Source: Podarcis liolepis
Lineage: Eukaryota
Reading direction: 5' to 3' (one strand)
Length of the DNA: 64,000 nt
NCBI GenBank assembly: GCA_965112155.1
Contig: OZ218110.1
The notes under the pieces are model-generated. The model was not told where the DNA came from. It saw nothing but the letters and a program-made list of their open reading frames with translations, and did not search any database. The position numbers and the translations under genes are program-made. How positions within the stretch are numbered: position 1 is the first letter of the stretch; every line of letters starts with the position of its first letter. Positions 47,148-60,702 of the stretch are shown piece after piece.

Positions 47148-47395
47148 CAGTGGAACCTCGGGTTGTGAACGTAATCCATGCGGGAGGCACATTCACAACC
47201 CGCAGCGCCGCATCTACGCACTCGTGGGTCGTGATTCAGCACTTCTGCACATGTGCAAAGCACGATTTAGTACTTCTGCGCATGCATGAGCACCGAAACC
47301 CAGAAGTAACCCATTCTGGTACCCGTTCTGGGTTCAGCGCGGTGCACAACCTGAAAATACATGACCTGAAGCATCTGGAACCCGAGGTACCACTA
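47148..47395. mobile_element. Tc1/mariner (Tigger-like) MITE
   Basis: CAGTGGAACCTCGGGTT...AACCCGAGGTACCACT inverted termini; homologous to 2599-2857. Confidence 0.8.
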
Positions 47396-47705
47396 TATAT
47401 GGCTACATTTAGTCTGTCCATGGTATCCAAAGAATAGCAGAAAACCAAAGAGATTTAGGTTTTATAGAAAAAACCCAAACTTCATCAGAAAACAATAAAT
47501 AATCTGTTCCTTTCATCTGCTGAACCAAGGAACTTGCTTATTAAAAGAATGATCTCCACATTCACACACTTGTGCACATGCACATAAAAACTCAGAGTGT
47601 AGTCATACTTGTATATTAAATGGTATATATCAGATTTGAATGATGACACCTCTATTTTTACCTATTGCCTTTTGCAGTTCCTTGAAATACCCTGAGGAGC
47701 ATTTC

Positions 47706-48650
47706 ATGGATAATAAACAATGGAACAATCAAACAATGGTCAAAGAATTCATCCTCCTTGGATTTGGAAATATACATTCATTTCAGCTCCTTTTCCTGGT
47801 ATTTCTAGTGATTTACCTTGTGACCATGTTAGGAAACCTTTTGATTGTTATCTTAGTTGCAGCTGATCAACACCTACACACTCCCATGTACTTCTTCCTA
47901 GCAAATTTGTCTTCTTTAGAGTCGTGCTACATCTCAACTATTTTGCCCAGAATGCTGAACAGTTTCATAACTGGGAATCAGTCTATGTCTGTGAATTCTT
48001 GTTTCATGCAACTATATTTCTTTGGGGCCTTGGCTACTGCAGAATGCTATCTGCTTGCTGCTATGTCTTACGATCGGTATCTAGCAATCTGCAAACCATT
48101 GCATTATATGACCATTATGAATGCCAGGTTCTCCCTGCAACTTTCAAGTGGTTCTTGGGTCATTGGATTCATCGTTAATACTTTAACGACCTCTTCAATG
48201 ATGCACTTAATATTCTGTGGACCTAATGAAATCGACCACTTCTTCTGTGATTTTGCACCATTACTTCAACTGTCTTGTAATGATACCCTGAAAATACAGC
48301 TGCTGATTTTTGTTCTGTCAGCTCTGTTTGGATTGGTGCCATTTCTTTTAACACTTATTTCCTACAGCTGCATCATAAAAACCATTCTGAGGATCCCATC
48401 CACTTTAGGAAGGAAGAAAGCATTTTCCACCTGCTCATCACACCTCATTGTGGTTACACTCTTTTATGGCACTATAGTCATTGTATACGTGTTACCAAAA
48501 ACCAGAACACTTAGAGACCTTAACAAGGTCTGCTCTGTCTTCTACACTGTCTTAACACCCTTGGTGAATCCTTTTGTTTACAGCCTGAGAAATAAAGACA
48601 TTAAACAAGCGTTAAGGAAAGCTGTGAGATATTTTGTCGATAGATCATAA
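47706..48650 (+). CDS. Olfactory receptor, class II, intact, 314 aa
   Basis: MDNKQWNNQT start downstream of the acceptor ttttgcag (47677); all OR motifs. Confidence 0.95.
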   Translation: MDNKQWNNQTMVKEFILLGFGNIHSFQLLFLVFLVIYLVTMLGNLLIVILVAADQHLHTPMYFFLANLSSLESCYISTILPRMLNSFITGNQSMSVNSCFMQLYFFGALATAECYLLAAMSYDRYLAICKPLHYMTIMNARFSLQLSSGSWVIGFIVNTLTTSSMMHLIFCGPNEIDHFFCDFAPLLQLSCNDTLKIQLLIFVLSALFGLVPFLLTLISYSCIIKTILRIPSTLGRKKAFSTCSSHLIVVTLFYGTIVIVYVLPKTRTLRDLNKVCSVFYTVLTPLVNPFVYSLRNKDIKQALRKAVRYFVDRS

Positions 48651-49253
48651 GCATCATCAGGCTTTCTTCTGCATACTCCAGGAATGGGGAACTGGTTGGA
48701 CTTCAACTTACATGAGTTCCAGCTACCATGGATAATGGTCAGGGTTGATGGGAGAAGCAATTTGGCAACATCTGGAGGGCCTTTTTTATTTAAATAAAAA
48801 TGTAAAAGCTGCCACTACTATTTCAATGAGATGGCTACCATGATCATGCCTTGCTTTCAGAGAAAAGTGACTTGTTTGAATTAGAATGCTAAATTGCATA
48901 TACAGCCTCGTCTGATCCATTCAATTAATATGTATGTGATTATGACAAAAATGCAGGAATCCTGCCCACAGCCATTCCTGGCTGGCTTGTACCACAGATG
49001 CACTAACCCATTGCACCACATGACCTGCATCAGATTATTTGGAAGACCTAGGCACCCAAAGGAAAATATAGGAAACAGTGTTGTTGTCTCTTATGTGGCA
49101 AGGTCATTTGAAACACTGCTGTTTAGTAGCAACAAATGTATTCCTTACTAAATCTGTCTGAATTGATTTGTCTTTAAAGCTGCTTGTGATAGGAAGAAAT
49201 ATGTTCCCCATTCACAAGTCCAGAGCATGTGCATGAGGTTGCACATAGGTGCG

Positions 49254-49348
49254 ATTGCATTGTAGGGAGTTGGACTAGATGATTCTCAGGGTCCCTTCCA
49301 ACTCTACAATTCTATGATTCTGTGGTTCTATGGTTCTATAGTTCTATG
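49254..49348 (+). mobile_element. CR1 3' terminus with (TTCTATGR)n tail
   Basis: ggagttggactagatga...ggtcccttccaactctacaattctatgattctgtg. Confidence 0.75.
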
Positions 49349-52142
49349 TAGTGCTGATCTTCCAGAATATAGCAGCTAGCTCATGCCCATAATGTAAGCT
49401 CCCTGAGGCACCAACCACCTCACATTGCCAGCTGGTTACAGTGACTTGTCACTTGGTCTGATGATCCTGGAACTTGGAGGTCTACCCAGCTGAATGCTGG
49501 ACAGTGTGAGGAAACAGGTTTCCTGTCAGTTCACAGCTGTGCTAGGTGGCAATAGGAACCTCTTCTAGTTCTAAAGCTAGGGTTTGGGCTTTTACTGGGA
49601 TGCTGTTGTCCAAAGGCTATTGGCATTCCCTTGCTGTATGCCAAAATTAATCCCACACGTGTTTACAACCCAGCTGCAAATGCTTTTGTTCTGTTAATAA
49701 AGTTTGACCCTTTAGTCCAACTTTCCTGTGTGCAAGTCTTTACTCTGGGGTGGGGGTAGGCAGTGCATATGTCTTATGTTGTGAATTATCTTACAATGAA
49801 CCATCATATCCACCCACTTGTTCAACTCAATTACTTCACTTGAATAAAACTGAAACAGAATTCAAACATTAAGAGGGTCATTCCAGAGTAAGCTCTCAAA
49901 CCATTTACTGTGCAATCCTAAACATGTCTACTTAGTACTAAGTAGGCCTGTGCATAGGTCCCACAATCTGCCCTGTGTGGCCTTGATCTGTATCCCCCAA
50001 ATTGGGCCTATTTGCTCTGAGCTACCGCGGTGGCTACCTACCATACCCTGGATTCATTCCTGAAGCAATTCATGGAGCAGTGCTAAAATGCTAAAAACAA
50101 AACAAAAAAATTGACAGGAAAGGATGGCTGCCACATCAGATCCTCCCATCTGGTAGCTTCTTCCCTATGATCAGCTCTTTAATGAATGAGTCACTCATGA
50201 AGAAACAGCACCATGCAGGGTCAGAACCTCTCACTTAACTGATGTTAAGCAGAATGGTCCAATTTTACATGGTGCTGGAAGGAGAAGAACCTGGAGGGAA
50301 AGAGGAGGAGAACCTGGAGGGTGTATGTTACTTTCACTCACGTGTGCATTTCAATGCATTTTTATGCATGCTACTTGGCCGAGAGCTCCATTGCAAAATT
50401 TGAAGAAATACAAATTTCAAGGGATGCCAATGTTTGGATTCACATATTTTTCAGAATGTGTGAATTAGACGGGTTTGCCTTTAAATGTGAACTGAATTAA
50501 TCCCCCCCCCCATCTCTGCTTTGAAACAAGACAATGGTTTTATGTCATAAAGCAATTCAGTGCTATGATATACATCTTAGATAATTTTACTTAGAAGTCA
50601 GCCCTACCGGCCTCAGCAGGTCTTACTTCAAAATAGGTTTGTTTAAAGGATTGCAACTTAACTATGCATTTAGAGTCTCTTATGAATCCATACAATATAA
50701 TTCAGTTTTGTCAACTGACCAAAAAATAGTTATCCCCCCCCCATGACTACCCATTTTTCGCTATTGTAGCTTTCATTAGTGAAACTGTAGGTAATGAATT
50801 CCTTAGGCACCTCAAGTTAAAGTTGCCTGCACAACTGGCACCAATTAAATTGAGTATATAGTAATGAACTGGGAGTGTTTCTTTTCTTATTTTTGCAAAT
50901 CTATAAGGCCACATGCTCTGTGGGATACACTGCACTTTTTTCTAACACTGGAAGGATGCGGCAGTCAAAACAATCAAATGCACCAATAGCACCTCAGAAG
51001 CGGTAGGAATTCCGATCCTTTAGCAAAATTATGAAAAATGCAATAGAAGCTCTAACTGTGTCCTAACTTAGACACGAATGGAGCATTATTTCCAATAAGG
51101 TATGTTAATGCAGAAATGTGGAACTTATTAAATGACCTGTACAGTATATTTAATACATTTAGAATTTTGGTCTTCAGCATAACAGCAACCATAGGTTTAA
51201 TAAGAGAGTGATATCTAGTTCACTAGAAATCATGATTTGAGAGTATTTTACATCAAACATTGAGTTTGTTCTGCTTAGTAAGCCACTAGAACTGGTTCAA
51301 CATTTAGTTCTGAAGAACTTCTGTATGTCTAGATTGAAATAAGTGCTCAAAGTTGAAAAATCAGCCACTTGTTTTTACCTATCAATGGGGTACATGGATC
51401 ATTCATGTAGAGGCTCATGGTGCATACAGAGCTTGATGAGTATTGACTTTTATCAGGGTTAACTGTAAACAGGACTTGCTGGTTACTCTTAAGGGCTTGC
51501 TAGAAGCTTCTGTGATGTGAGCCAAAGGTCAAGAACTGAAGGAATGTTGTTCTATCACTCTTTGTGTGATGCTTGTGCACCCTATGAGGAGAAAGAAAGT
51601 CCAGTACACTCCTGCAAAGGGATTGTGGAAAGGAGTCGTCTTAAATATCCCACATGTAAGAAAGACACCATAGACAGTGTGGGTCTTCTATGAAACCTAT
51701 TGCACCACCACTCCAAACGCAACATAGAAGTAATCAGTTTCTCTCTTTGCGGGTGAAAAACTATGAAATAACTTGCAGCTTGGGAGTGTTTTGTTGAATG
51801 AGGAAGCCTCTTCTAAGAGAGAGCATGCCAACCGGCACAGGGCTGGTGTTAAGGAGCTATTCCTGATATTTTGAATAACTATGAGATTGCATTGAATTGC
51901 ATTGTTTTGATGAATTGTTTTGTTTAAATTATTGTTTTTGATCTTATAGTCATCATAGTGATCATTTTTTAACACTCTTGTTACTGTGAGCCACTTTGAG
52001 CTTAACCTTTGTTGAAAAGCAGAATAAATATGATGTGGCTGAGTTCTGTGTACACCTATGGGATCCACATAACAATCTCTGCAGATGTTATTTTCAGGCT
52101 GAATGCAACAGAAGCATTGGCTACCATTGTCACAAAACATAG

Positions 52143-52342
52143 ATGTAGCTCAGTGGCAGAGCATGCAGAAAGTCCCAGTTTCAACCCCTGGCATACCTCC
52201 CATTCTGTGATTACTTTATGAATAGGCAACATGTGTTGTGAAAGACCTTTGAGACCCCAGAGAGCTGTTACCAGCTAGAATGAACCATACTCATCTAGAT
52301 GGATCAGTGGTCTGAGTCAGTATGAGGCAGCTTCATAAGTTT
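52143..52342 (+). mobile_element. Degenerate tRNA-derived SINE
   Basis: tagctcagtggcagagca (A box), gtttcaacccctggca (B box), 3' gtatgaggcagcttcat. Confidence 0.6.
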
Positions 52343-53002
52343 GGAAATTCTGTAAAATTCAATATTTTTTATTCACACCCAGTTACCAAAGTAGCAGAAA
52401 CCAATAAGGTCCCACAATCAACTAAGTTAGCAAATAATACTATTGCGATTACAAGGTTAATTGATAAAACTACCCTTCATTAGAAGACACTTCCAAGCCA
52501 ATCTCAACATGTTCATCGAGATATGAACATGCTAAGGTATGCTTTCTCAGATCAACTGATTTTTTTTTTGCCCAAATTCTATATATACAGTATGTGAAAT
52601 ATTAACCTTTATATGAGACTGATAATGTTTATTTTATGGATATATATCCTGTCTTTGAGAAGACATTCTCCCTCTTGAACTCTGCAATGTCTGGCTGACA
52701 TTACATTGCATGCATAGCCCATCCTCTGCTTCAAAGCTCATTCTCCCAAGAAGGTAGAAGCAAAGTTACAGACCCATGTCAAATAGAACATTTTGGTGGG
52801 TCACTCCTGTATTAAAGAGTTAGTTTTGCAACACCTGTGGAATTATTTCATCTAACCTCTTAATTTGCCATGTTTCTTACAGATTTAATCCATCTTTGAA
52901 CTATTAAAAGATCAATGAACAGATTCGATTTTTTAAGAACTGTGTATATGGTTATCTTCACAAGTGTACTTCTGTTTCTGTTATCCATGCATAGTAAATG
53001 CA

Positions 53003-53983
53003 ATGGGAACCCAGAACTGGAGGAACCAGACAGACTTTTCAGAATTCATTCTCTTGGGATTTAGTGATGTTCCTGAACTACAGTTAATTTTCTTTTTGAT
53101 GTTTCTTCTGGTCTACACTGTGACCATGACTGGAAACCTTCTGATTGTTGTTCTTATCATATGTGACCAGCATCTCCATACCCCCATGTACTTCTTTCTG
53201 GGCAACCTTTCATGCCTGGAGACCTTCTACAGCTCAACCATAGTACCCAGGATGCTAGCAAGTTTCTTGACTGGAGAGAGGACAATTCCTATGTGGGGCT
53301 GTTTTTTACAATATTATTTCTTCGGCTCTCTTGTGGGTTCAGAATGTTATCTGCTGGCTGCTATGTCTTACGATCGGTATTTAGCAATTTGCAAGCCTCT
53401 TCACTATTCAGCCTTAATGAATCATACGTTGTGCATACAGATTATGATGGGATCGTGTGCAAGCTGTTTTCTACTTAACACTATAACAACATATTTGATG
53501 TCCCAGCTATCATTTTGTGGTCCTCGTATTCTTGATCATTTCTTCTGTGATTTCACCCCGGTTATAAAGCTTGCCTGTGGTGATACACAACAGATGGAAT
53601 TAATGGCTTTCTTCCTCTCTTCCCTAATAGCTCTAGCCCCATTTCTTTTGATTTTGGTGTCCTATGGTTTGATCATCTCCACTGTCCTAAGAATTCCATC
53701 AAACACAGGGAGACGAAAGGCCTTTTCCACTTGTTCATCCCATCTTACGGTGGTTATAGTTTTCTACGGAACCCTTGTCATTGTCTATATGTTTCCCAAA
53801 ACAAACACATTGAAAGACCTGAACAAAGTCTTCTCCATCTTTTATACAGTTCTAACCCCCATTGTCAATCCCATTGTATATTGCCTGAGAAACAGAGAGA
53901 TAAAGGAAGCTATGAGTAAGCTTATCTGTCAGTTGTTTAGTTTTGTAAGGAGAAGTACATTTTTCCACAGCAGCTTTGGGTAG
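53003..53983 (+). CDS. Olfactory receptor, class II, intact, 326 aa
   Basis: MGTQNWRNQT start; all OR motifs; the ORF-track extension lies in the acceptor tract. Confidence 0.95.
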   Translation: MGTQNWRNQTDFSEFILLGFSDVPELQLIFFLMFLLVYTVTMTGNLLIVVLIICDQHLHTPMYFFLGNLSCLETFYSSTIVPRMLASFLTGERTIPMWGCFLQYYFFGSLVGSECYLLAAMSYDRYLAICKPLHYSALMNHTLCIQIMMGSCASCFLLNTITTYLMSQLSFCGPRILDHFFCDFTPVIKLACGDTQQMELMAFFLSSLIALAPFLLILVSYGLIISTVLRIPSNTGRRKAFSTCSSHLTVVIVFYGTLVIVYMFPKTNTLKDLNKVFSIFYTVLTPIVNPIVYCLRNREIKEAMSKLICQLFSFVRRSTFFHSSFG

Positions 53984-54259
53984 AATGAAAAAAGAATTTC
54001 TGATTGTGAACTGATATAGGATAATGTCTGGGTTAGATCCAATGAATTGTTTGGCAGATTAAGGCACTTCTGACAAATAACACCTTCTTATGAATAGAAG
54101 ACATTCCTCCATCGGAGAAAACTTCTTAGAATCACCCCTCTATGTTGAGTGAGTGAATAAATATTTCTGGCCATCTCAAATGATATCCAGCTAACTTCAT
54201 TATTTCCTTCTGACCCAGCTGAAGTTTAACCAATGTGAAGAAAATATTTTTGCTTAATC

Positions 54260-54790
54260 TGTTGCATGAACATAGAAGCTTCTCTATGTGTTTCATATCA
54301 GTGTCACTGAATTGCTATCTACTATTGGAATAAGAAAAATGATGACGGTCATGTCAGCATATGAGCTCATCGCAGCTGCAGACAGCCAGCTTGTTGACAT
54401 CGTGTGATTTGGCTGACTGTGGGAAACAGTGTTCCAGTCAGTTCACAGGGCAGTTCACCGGAATTTGCTCAGAGTGTAATATGAGACCTTCCTCTTGCGA
54501 TTGTACAGGAAGTCTTTCTTACTTGTTTGCCGATGTTTGAAGAGAACAGACATGTTTTCTGTAATGCTGAAGAGTCAGAAATAAAGGATGTAAATAAACA
54601 TTTCTGACTATCTCCTTTCCCTGCCGGGGGAGCAGGAAGGAGTGGGTGTGCTCTTCCTATGCTGGGAAGGGTCGCCTATCGAGACCTAGCCTAAGCTTGC
54701 TGGGGAATGCAGCCAGGGAGGTCAGCGAAGACCAAACCTGGTGCCTAGGAGAGTTGCCAGCTTCTCCCAATATAGGCTTGATTTCCAACA
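54260..54790 (+). mobile_element. Possible solo LTR
   Basis: TGTTG...CAACA termini, internal AATAAA, CpG-enriched; no TSD seen. Confidence 0.4.
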
Positions 54791-56807
54791 GGTCAACCTG
54801 CCTTTTAGGAGACACTGTTCCACAAAAATATGACCCCGCCCCAAAATAAGAGGAACTGGACACAAAAGCAGTAAGGTGAACAGCAAATGATTTAATAAGC
54901 ATTTTGGACCCTGCTAGACCTTCCTTGGGGAAAAATAAAATAAGTTTATAAAATAATAATTACAAAACAGAATAGGTTATATAACTACCATAACAGTCTT
55001 TTTAGATTTCATTACAAGCTAGGAAAAGAAAACAATGTCCTTTTCATGAAAGCATCACAAATAATATAAGTTGATAAGACAAAAGCAAGGAACAACAAAT
55101 GATATATACAGGGATAGACTGGACAGGATGGGGGGAAATGAGAAAAAATAAAGTTTTTTTTTTGTAAGACATGGTCCTCAATGGTGGGGAAGAAGAAAGC
55201 TCAGAGACAGCATAATTGTAGGAAGAAGGCAAAGTACATAGTGGATGACTGTAATAAAAGGGAATATGGAACAGGAATGCCAGATTCCTGCATGATATGC
55301 ATAATATACTCATAATATCACAATACAAATCACCTTATAAAATTCCTACTACAAAGCCTTTGGTTACATCCATTGCCTATTGAATTGTACACTGCATTGA
55401 CTATATATGCCATTTTACAATAAAATGATAAACAACAGATAATAAAGTACTCATATTCTCTGTGAGAGCAATCTTATACACAAGAAGCTGGTATAAAGCA
55501 AGCCAGCATAAGTTAACCCAGTGTAAAGTTATGTCAAAACCATACTCTGTTAAGGAGCAAGGCAGCTGCCAACCCAAGCCTGTCAGAAGGAAAACAAGCT
55601 TTTAAAAAATAACCTGACTTGTATTATCCATCTTTCCATGTCATGCTACTGCCTAGCTCTGTCACTGTCATGCCGCCAGAAAGCCCCTTTTGGTGGGAAT
55701 TACACTGGTCTCAGCCCAGCTGAGTTGGGAATCAACTGGCTGAGCTGAAGATCCACCACATCCTAACTCACTCATCCTAGTGAATCTTGCCATAAGATTG
55801 CCTCCATCCTTTCTATTTTATATACTTTAATATATCCCAAATATAGATTCACTAAATCCTGCTTTTTATTATTTCTCCACTCTATTTCTCCACTTATTTG
55901 TCTTCACATTGTTGTCCATCTCTGGTTCTGATTAAATTCAATAGATTAACCATATATATTAGTTAGCCAACAGTCTGTTGAGATTTTGGCATTCAATCCT
56001 TCTTCCTGCAGTTAACAATTTCCAATGTTATCCCTCTGAACTCTATCCTTAAGATATTGAAACAATATCACTAGTGGGTCATTGGGAAGATCATAACCCA
56101 AAATATCCTTTGTTTCACTCAGAAGTAAACTCAAATATATCTGAATTTTCCTGCATGACCACATGATCTGAAATATGTCAATCACAGGAATTTTGTACTT
56201 CCAGCAATTATTTGATGTTCCTATTTAATCTGTTTGGTGCCATCCCAGTCATCACAGAAATAAAGGACCAGCAAACATCAGTATGTAACTCCATCCATTA
56301 AAAAGCCCCCTTAAGCAGCTGCTGCTACAGCAACAGCAATCACCTAAGCATGCCTTAAAAACATGGGATTCTTGTTAGGTAGGTTTGCCATATATTGAAC
56401 AGCAAAAAAGAGGCCAGCCCAAGCTGCTGCCAGCCGGAGCAGGAAAAAGAGGTGCACAGGTCTGAGGGGCTGCCACTGCCATGCCCATGCGCCTCTTTCC
56501 CTGGCTCAGGCTGGCAGTGGTCATGGTGTGCAGAGAAACCTGTGCCCAAGCCCAAGCTGGCTCCCAGAGAGGAATTCATACCTGCTATATAACAACAGTG
56601 TGGCATGGCAGTTAAACTAGGGATTGTGCTTCAGTTTGTCATCCAAACTGGGAACAGTAGTTAAGATCTCTCCTTAACCATGGTGTATAGCCAATAGGCT
56701 ATGATTAGTAACATTAACCATAAACCCTAGCATAGATGTGCATATTCACGATGTCACGGTAAAGAATATCTTGGCTTACACAGATGTGTGGACAAAGCTT
56801 CTGCACA

Positions 56808-57755
56808 TTATCCTAAAAGCCTGCATTTGCTTATGACCCTCCGTAAAGATTCCTTCACCTCTTTGTTCCTTAGGCTGTAGATAAGTGGATTGATTAGAGG
56901 GGTTAAGACTGTGTAGAAGACTGAAAAGATTTTGTCCACTTCCCGCAGAGCTTTCCTTTTTGGAAGTGCATATACAAATATTAAGGATCCATAAAATATA
57001 GAAACCACAATAAGGTGGGAAGAACAGGTTGAAAAGGCCTTTTTCCTCCCTGTTGAAGATGGGATCCGTAAGATGGTGGCTATTATACACACATAAGACA
57101 TCAGTGTCAAGAGACAAGAAGGAATAGTGTCTATGGCTGAGACTGTAAGACCCACCAGTGTCACCAAAGTGGTGTCACTGCAAGACAGATTAATCACTGG
57201 TGTCAATTCACAAAAGAAATGATCAATTTCACTGGGACCACAGTAATATAGTTGTGACATTAAACTTATTACTATTGTCATAACTGTAATCCCACATAGC
57301 CAGGACCCAGCCGACAAGAGAAAGCAGAGTTTCCCATTCATAAGAGTGGCATAGTGGAGGGGCTTACATATGGCTAAATAGCGATCATAGGACATAGCAG
57401 CCAACAGGTAGCATTCAGCTACAACTAGGGATCCAAACCAATATAGCTGAGTGAAACAGCCACCAAGAGATATAGTTCTATCCCCTGTCAGGAAGCTGGC
57501 TAACATCCTGGGAAGGAGGGTTGATGTATAGCAAGTTTCCAAACAGGACAAGTTTCCAAGGAAGTAGTACATAGGAGTGTGAAGGTGATGATCAGAGATT
57601 ACCAGAGTGATGATTATGATGTTTCCAACCACAGTCACAGTGTAGATGATTATGAACACCATGAAGAATGGAATTTGTAATTTGGGGTCATTTCCAAATC
57701 CCAGAAGGGTAAATGTGGTTATTGCTGTTCCATTGCTTATTTCAAAATTCTCCAT
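56808..57755 (-). CDS. Olfactory receptor, class II, intact, 315 aa
   Basis: NGT sequon, LHTPMYYFLGNLS, MSYDRY, HFFCE, KAFSTCSSHL, PLINPLIYSLRN. Confidence 0.97.
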   Translation of the reverse strand: MENFEISNGTAITTFTLLGFGNDPKLQIPFFMVFIIIYTVTVVGNIIIITLVISDHHLHTPMYYFLGNLSCLETCYTSTLLPRMLASFLTGDRTISLGGCFTQLYWFGSLVVAECYLLAAMSYDRYLAICKPLHYATLMNGKLCFLLSAGSWLCGITVMTIVISLMSQLYYCGPSEIDHFFCELTPVINLSCSDTTLVTLVGLTVSAIDTIPSCLLTLMSYVCIIATILRIPSSTGRKKAFSTCSSHLIVVSIFYGSLIFVYALPKRKALREVDKIFSVFYTVLTPLINPLIYSLRNKEVKESLRRVISKCRLLG

Positions 57756-58744
57756 AGGTTCACTGGAGGTTAATTGCTAAAATTGTTGTTTCCCCAGAAT
57801 GTTAATATTTCAGATTTCAATGATTGCAATCATTCGAATGAAATTTGGAAGAATTTTGCCTGTAGTTAATGATCATGAAGTGATACATCTATTTAAACGA
57901 TGAATCGTGGATATAGTTTGAACTGGAGATCAACTGAAAATTACAACTCGGTTGTGCGGCTCCTTGTGTCACTGTTGACATCTCATCATCAGTATTTTGC
58001 AGACCAGCGAATGCTTATTGATGGCACGCTATATATACTATAAAAAACCTTTACAGTTTAAACAGCACAGTAAAAATATAGAACAACAAACTGTTGGTGG
58101 TGGGTCTGGTTCTCTGACTCCAATCAAGCAGGACTATGCAAAATATGAACTCCGGTGCTTCTAATACATCTTCATTCACTACAATGAAAGGAACACTTTT
58201 CAGTGCACTGCCCATTTTACTCAGAAGATTGGATACAGTCCATGATAGCTACCTTTAGCTCCCTTGGAAATAAATGAGAGATTTCAGTCATGACTAGCAT
58301 GTCTCATTGATTTCATTGGGACCAAATTCAACTAACTTAGCCTGAATCCATCTCACAGGTACCCCCTGAGGCTTCAATCATATTCACTTTCCACAACATG
58401 GAATAACTTCCCAGTAATATGCTCCTACACTGCAAAGCAGGGGTGAGCTGAAGGTAATGGCTTTTGATTCCCATTTGTTTGGCATCAACATTAAATACAC
58501 CTGCTGAGAGATAGAAAACTTGAGACAACCTGAAGTATACTCTTATATGAATGGACTGCAAACTCATTTATTTTTTGGTAATGAAAACAGCTTAGACTTG
58601 TTCCTTCATTCTATCTGTACACATTTAAAACTAACTGTGGTTGGTATATTCTTTAGTTCTTGTTTTAAGTAGATTATGATTCTGGCCATGCTTCATGTAG
58701 GGAGAAAATATGACTAAACATTGCCACAGAGGAAGGGCTGTTTA

Positions 58745-59389
58745 TGTTGGGATTTTTATGCCTACATGCCATTTGATGCAGCTTCTCACAAAAGCAGTTA
58801 AGAAGTTGACTGAAGGCCAAGAAGACTGAGCAGAGGGGGTTATTCTGCCTAGAGATATGGGAGCTTGGATACAACTCTGCTATTGGTCGAGGTCTCCACA
58901 TAGGCATGATGACTCATGACCTTCCTTGGCTGGATAGTTGGTTGGTCAGTGTATGTTCTGAGAGCCATCTGGAGTATGTTAAGTGAGAGAGTTAAGATCC
59001 GTGTCTGTATCCTTTATATAGTAACTTGTGAGTCTGCTGTAAATAATAAAACACCTATAAGTTACTGGTAGCAGCGTCTTGTTCCTGCTTCATCCTTCTG
59101 GAAGTCCGCGTATGCTCTGCTATACAGTGGTACCTCAGGTTAAGTACTTAATTCGTTCCGGAGGTCCGTTCTTAACCTGAAACTGTTCTTAACCTGAAGC
59201 ACCACTTTAGCTAATGGGGCCTCCTGCTGCCGCCCTGCCGCCGGAGCTTGCTTATCCTGAAGCAAAGTTCTTAACCTGAAGCAGTATTTCTGTTCTTAAC
59301 CTGAAACACTATTTCTGGGTTAGCGGATTCTGTAACCTGAAGCGTATGTAACCTGAGGTACCACTGTATTCAACTGCAATCCTGCAACA
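58745..59389 (+). mobile_element. Solo LTR containing a nested MITE
   Basis: TGTTG...CAACA termini, flanks GTTTA/GGTTA (4/5), AATAAA at about 59045. Confidence 0.55.
59125..59366. mobile_element. Tc1/mariner (Tigger-like) MITE
   Basis: CAGTGGTACCTCAGGTTA / TAACCTGAGGTACCACTG perfect TIRs and a TA TSD. Confidence 0.9.
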
Positions 59390-59626
59390 GGTTAAAGTTG
59401 TGAAATACCAATAGTTTACAAGGGTCTTTCCTCCTTACTGGCACCCTCTCTCTCAATTGAATAACAGTTTGTAAAGAGGGACACACACCAAAGAGTAAAA
59501 TCCAAGGAAGCAGAAGACCATCAGTTGCTGCAGATGTTTGAAGCTAAGCAAGATAATTCAGAAGTGATGAAGTGATAGATAAGTAATTGCAAGGAGAACA
59601 AATGTAAGAAGTATCAAATAACAGCA

Positions 59627-59672
<46 letters not shown>
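59627..59672. repeat. (ATT)n microsatellite
   Basis: Read directly from the sequence. Confidence 0.95.
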
Positions 59673-60160
59673 TAAATCTGCCTTCTGGAATGGATTCCTG
59701 GATAATTGCAGTTTCTTGAATGCATTTGTATTTCATTTATCAGTGTCCAATACAATGTTCATGAAAATGGTATGCACTGTGATATTTGAGGCCAATTTGG
59801 GTGTTTTTCCCCAAACAAAAAGGTCTGATGAATTTCAAGGGGAAATCAAAAAAAGGTTAACAAATCTTTAGGGAGAGTCATGTGAGAGCCACAAGAATGC
59901 CATTCAGAAAATATATCTGTTTTACTCATGTTCCATGGGCTACAACTCAACACAGTAATGCTAAAGTAATTGAAATTAATGCCCATTTCTGTGTTGCCAA
60001 AGATTGAAACTATACACCAACTTTCCTGAGAGTGCCATTCAACTTAATGGGACTTCTGTGTACTCATGTATAGGTCTGTACTGTAAATGTTTGGCAAATA
60101 GTGAAATTAATGTCCTGGTTTTTGCATTGCAGAGGAAAGACAATTGGAGCACACAAACAC

Positions 60161-60164
<4 letters not shown>

Positions 60165-60197
<33 letters not shown>
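60165..60197. repeat. (AG)n microsatellite
   Basis: Read directly from the sequence. Confidence 0.95.
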
Positions 60198-60200
<3 letters not shown>

Positions 60201-60657
60201 CTTTCTCTTTAAGTCATTTGCTTTTCCAGCAATGATCTGTAAGTAATGTGAAATTTTAAAATAGGCAGACATCTAGTGAAAATAAGTGATTGGGTGTGAG
60301 GAGAATAATAATAATGTTACCATTCCTCTTGACCATCAGATGGAACCAAGGCAGAACAACTTAGTGATTCATTTCCTCAGCTGTGATGATCACAACTTGT
60401 CCAGTCACTTCACATGACAGCATCTCATGCTAACATGTTTTGCAAGAAGAGGGATTATATAAGAAGTTGGAAATGGTCACAGGGGATCAGTATGAAGATC
60501 AACCTCTTGAGTTTTCCAAGAAGAGCTGCACTTAAATTGCTCTTCTGGGAAAAGGAGGCATATTCCCTTTGTAAAATGATGGTTCTACTTTAATTAAGAA
60601 TGTATTGTAGGTATCAATATTGTGCAGTTTGAAGTGATTGGAAGCTTAATAACGCAC

Positions 60658-60660
<3 letters not shown>

Positions 60661-60692
<32 letters not shown>
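60661..60692. repeat. (GT)n microsatellite
   Basis: Read directly from the sequence. Confidence 0.95.
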
Positions 60693-60694
<2 letters not shown>

Positions 60695-60702
60695 CTGTAA
60701 AT

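Noticed and set aside
22975-49475. CTGATGA hammerhead-core-like heptamers (e.g. about 22977 and 49459)
   Set aside because: No matching stem II/GAAA and cleavage-site helices could be built by eye.
49400-49770. Possible fifth member of the structured element family (aataaagtttgaccc), and a weaker candidate at 29680-29725
   Set aside because: Too degenerate to confirm the P1/P2 motif without alignment tools.
28180-52999. ORF-track N-terminal extensions of ORs at 28180, 47640 and 52964
   Set aside because: They run through polypyrimidine/acceptor tracts; the downstream ATGs match paralog lengths and sequon spacing.
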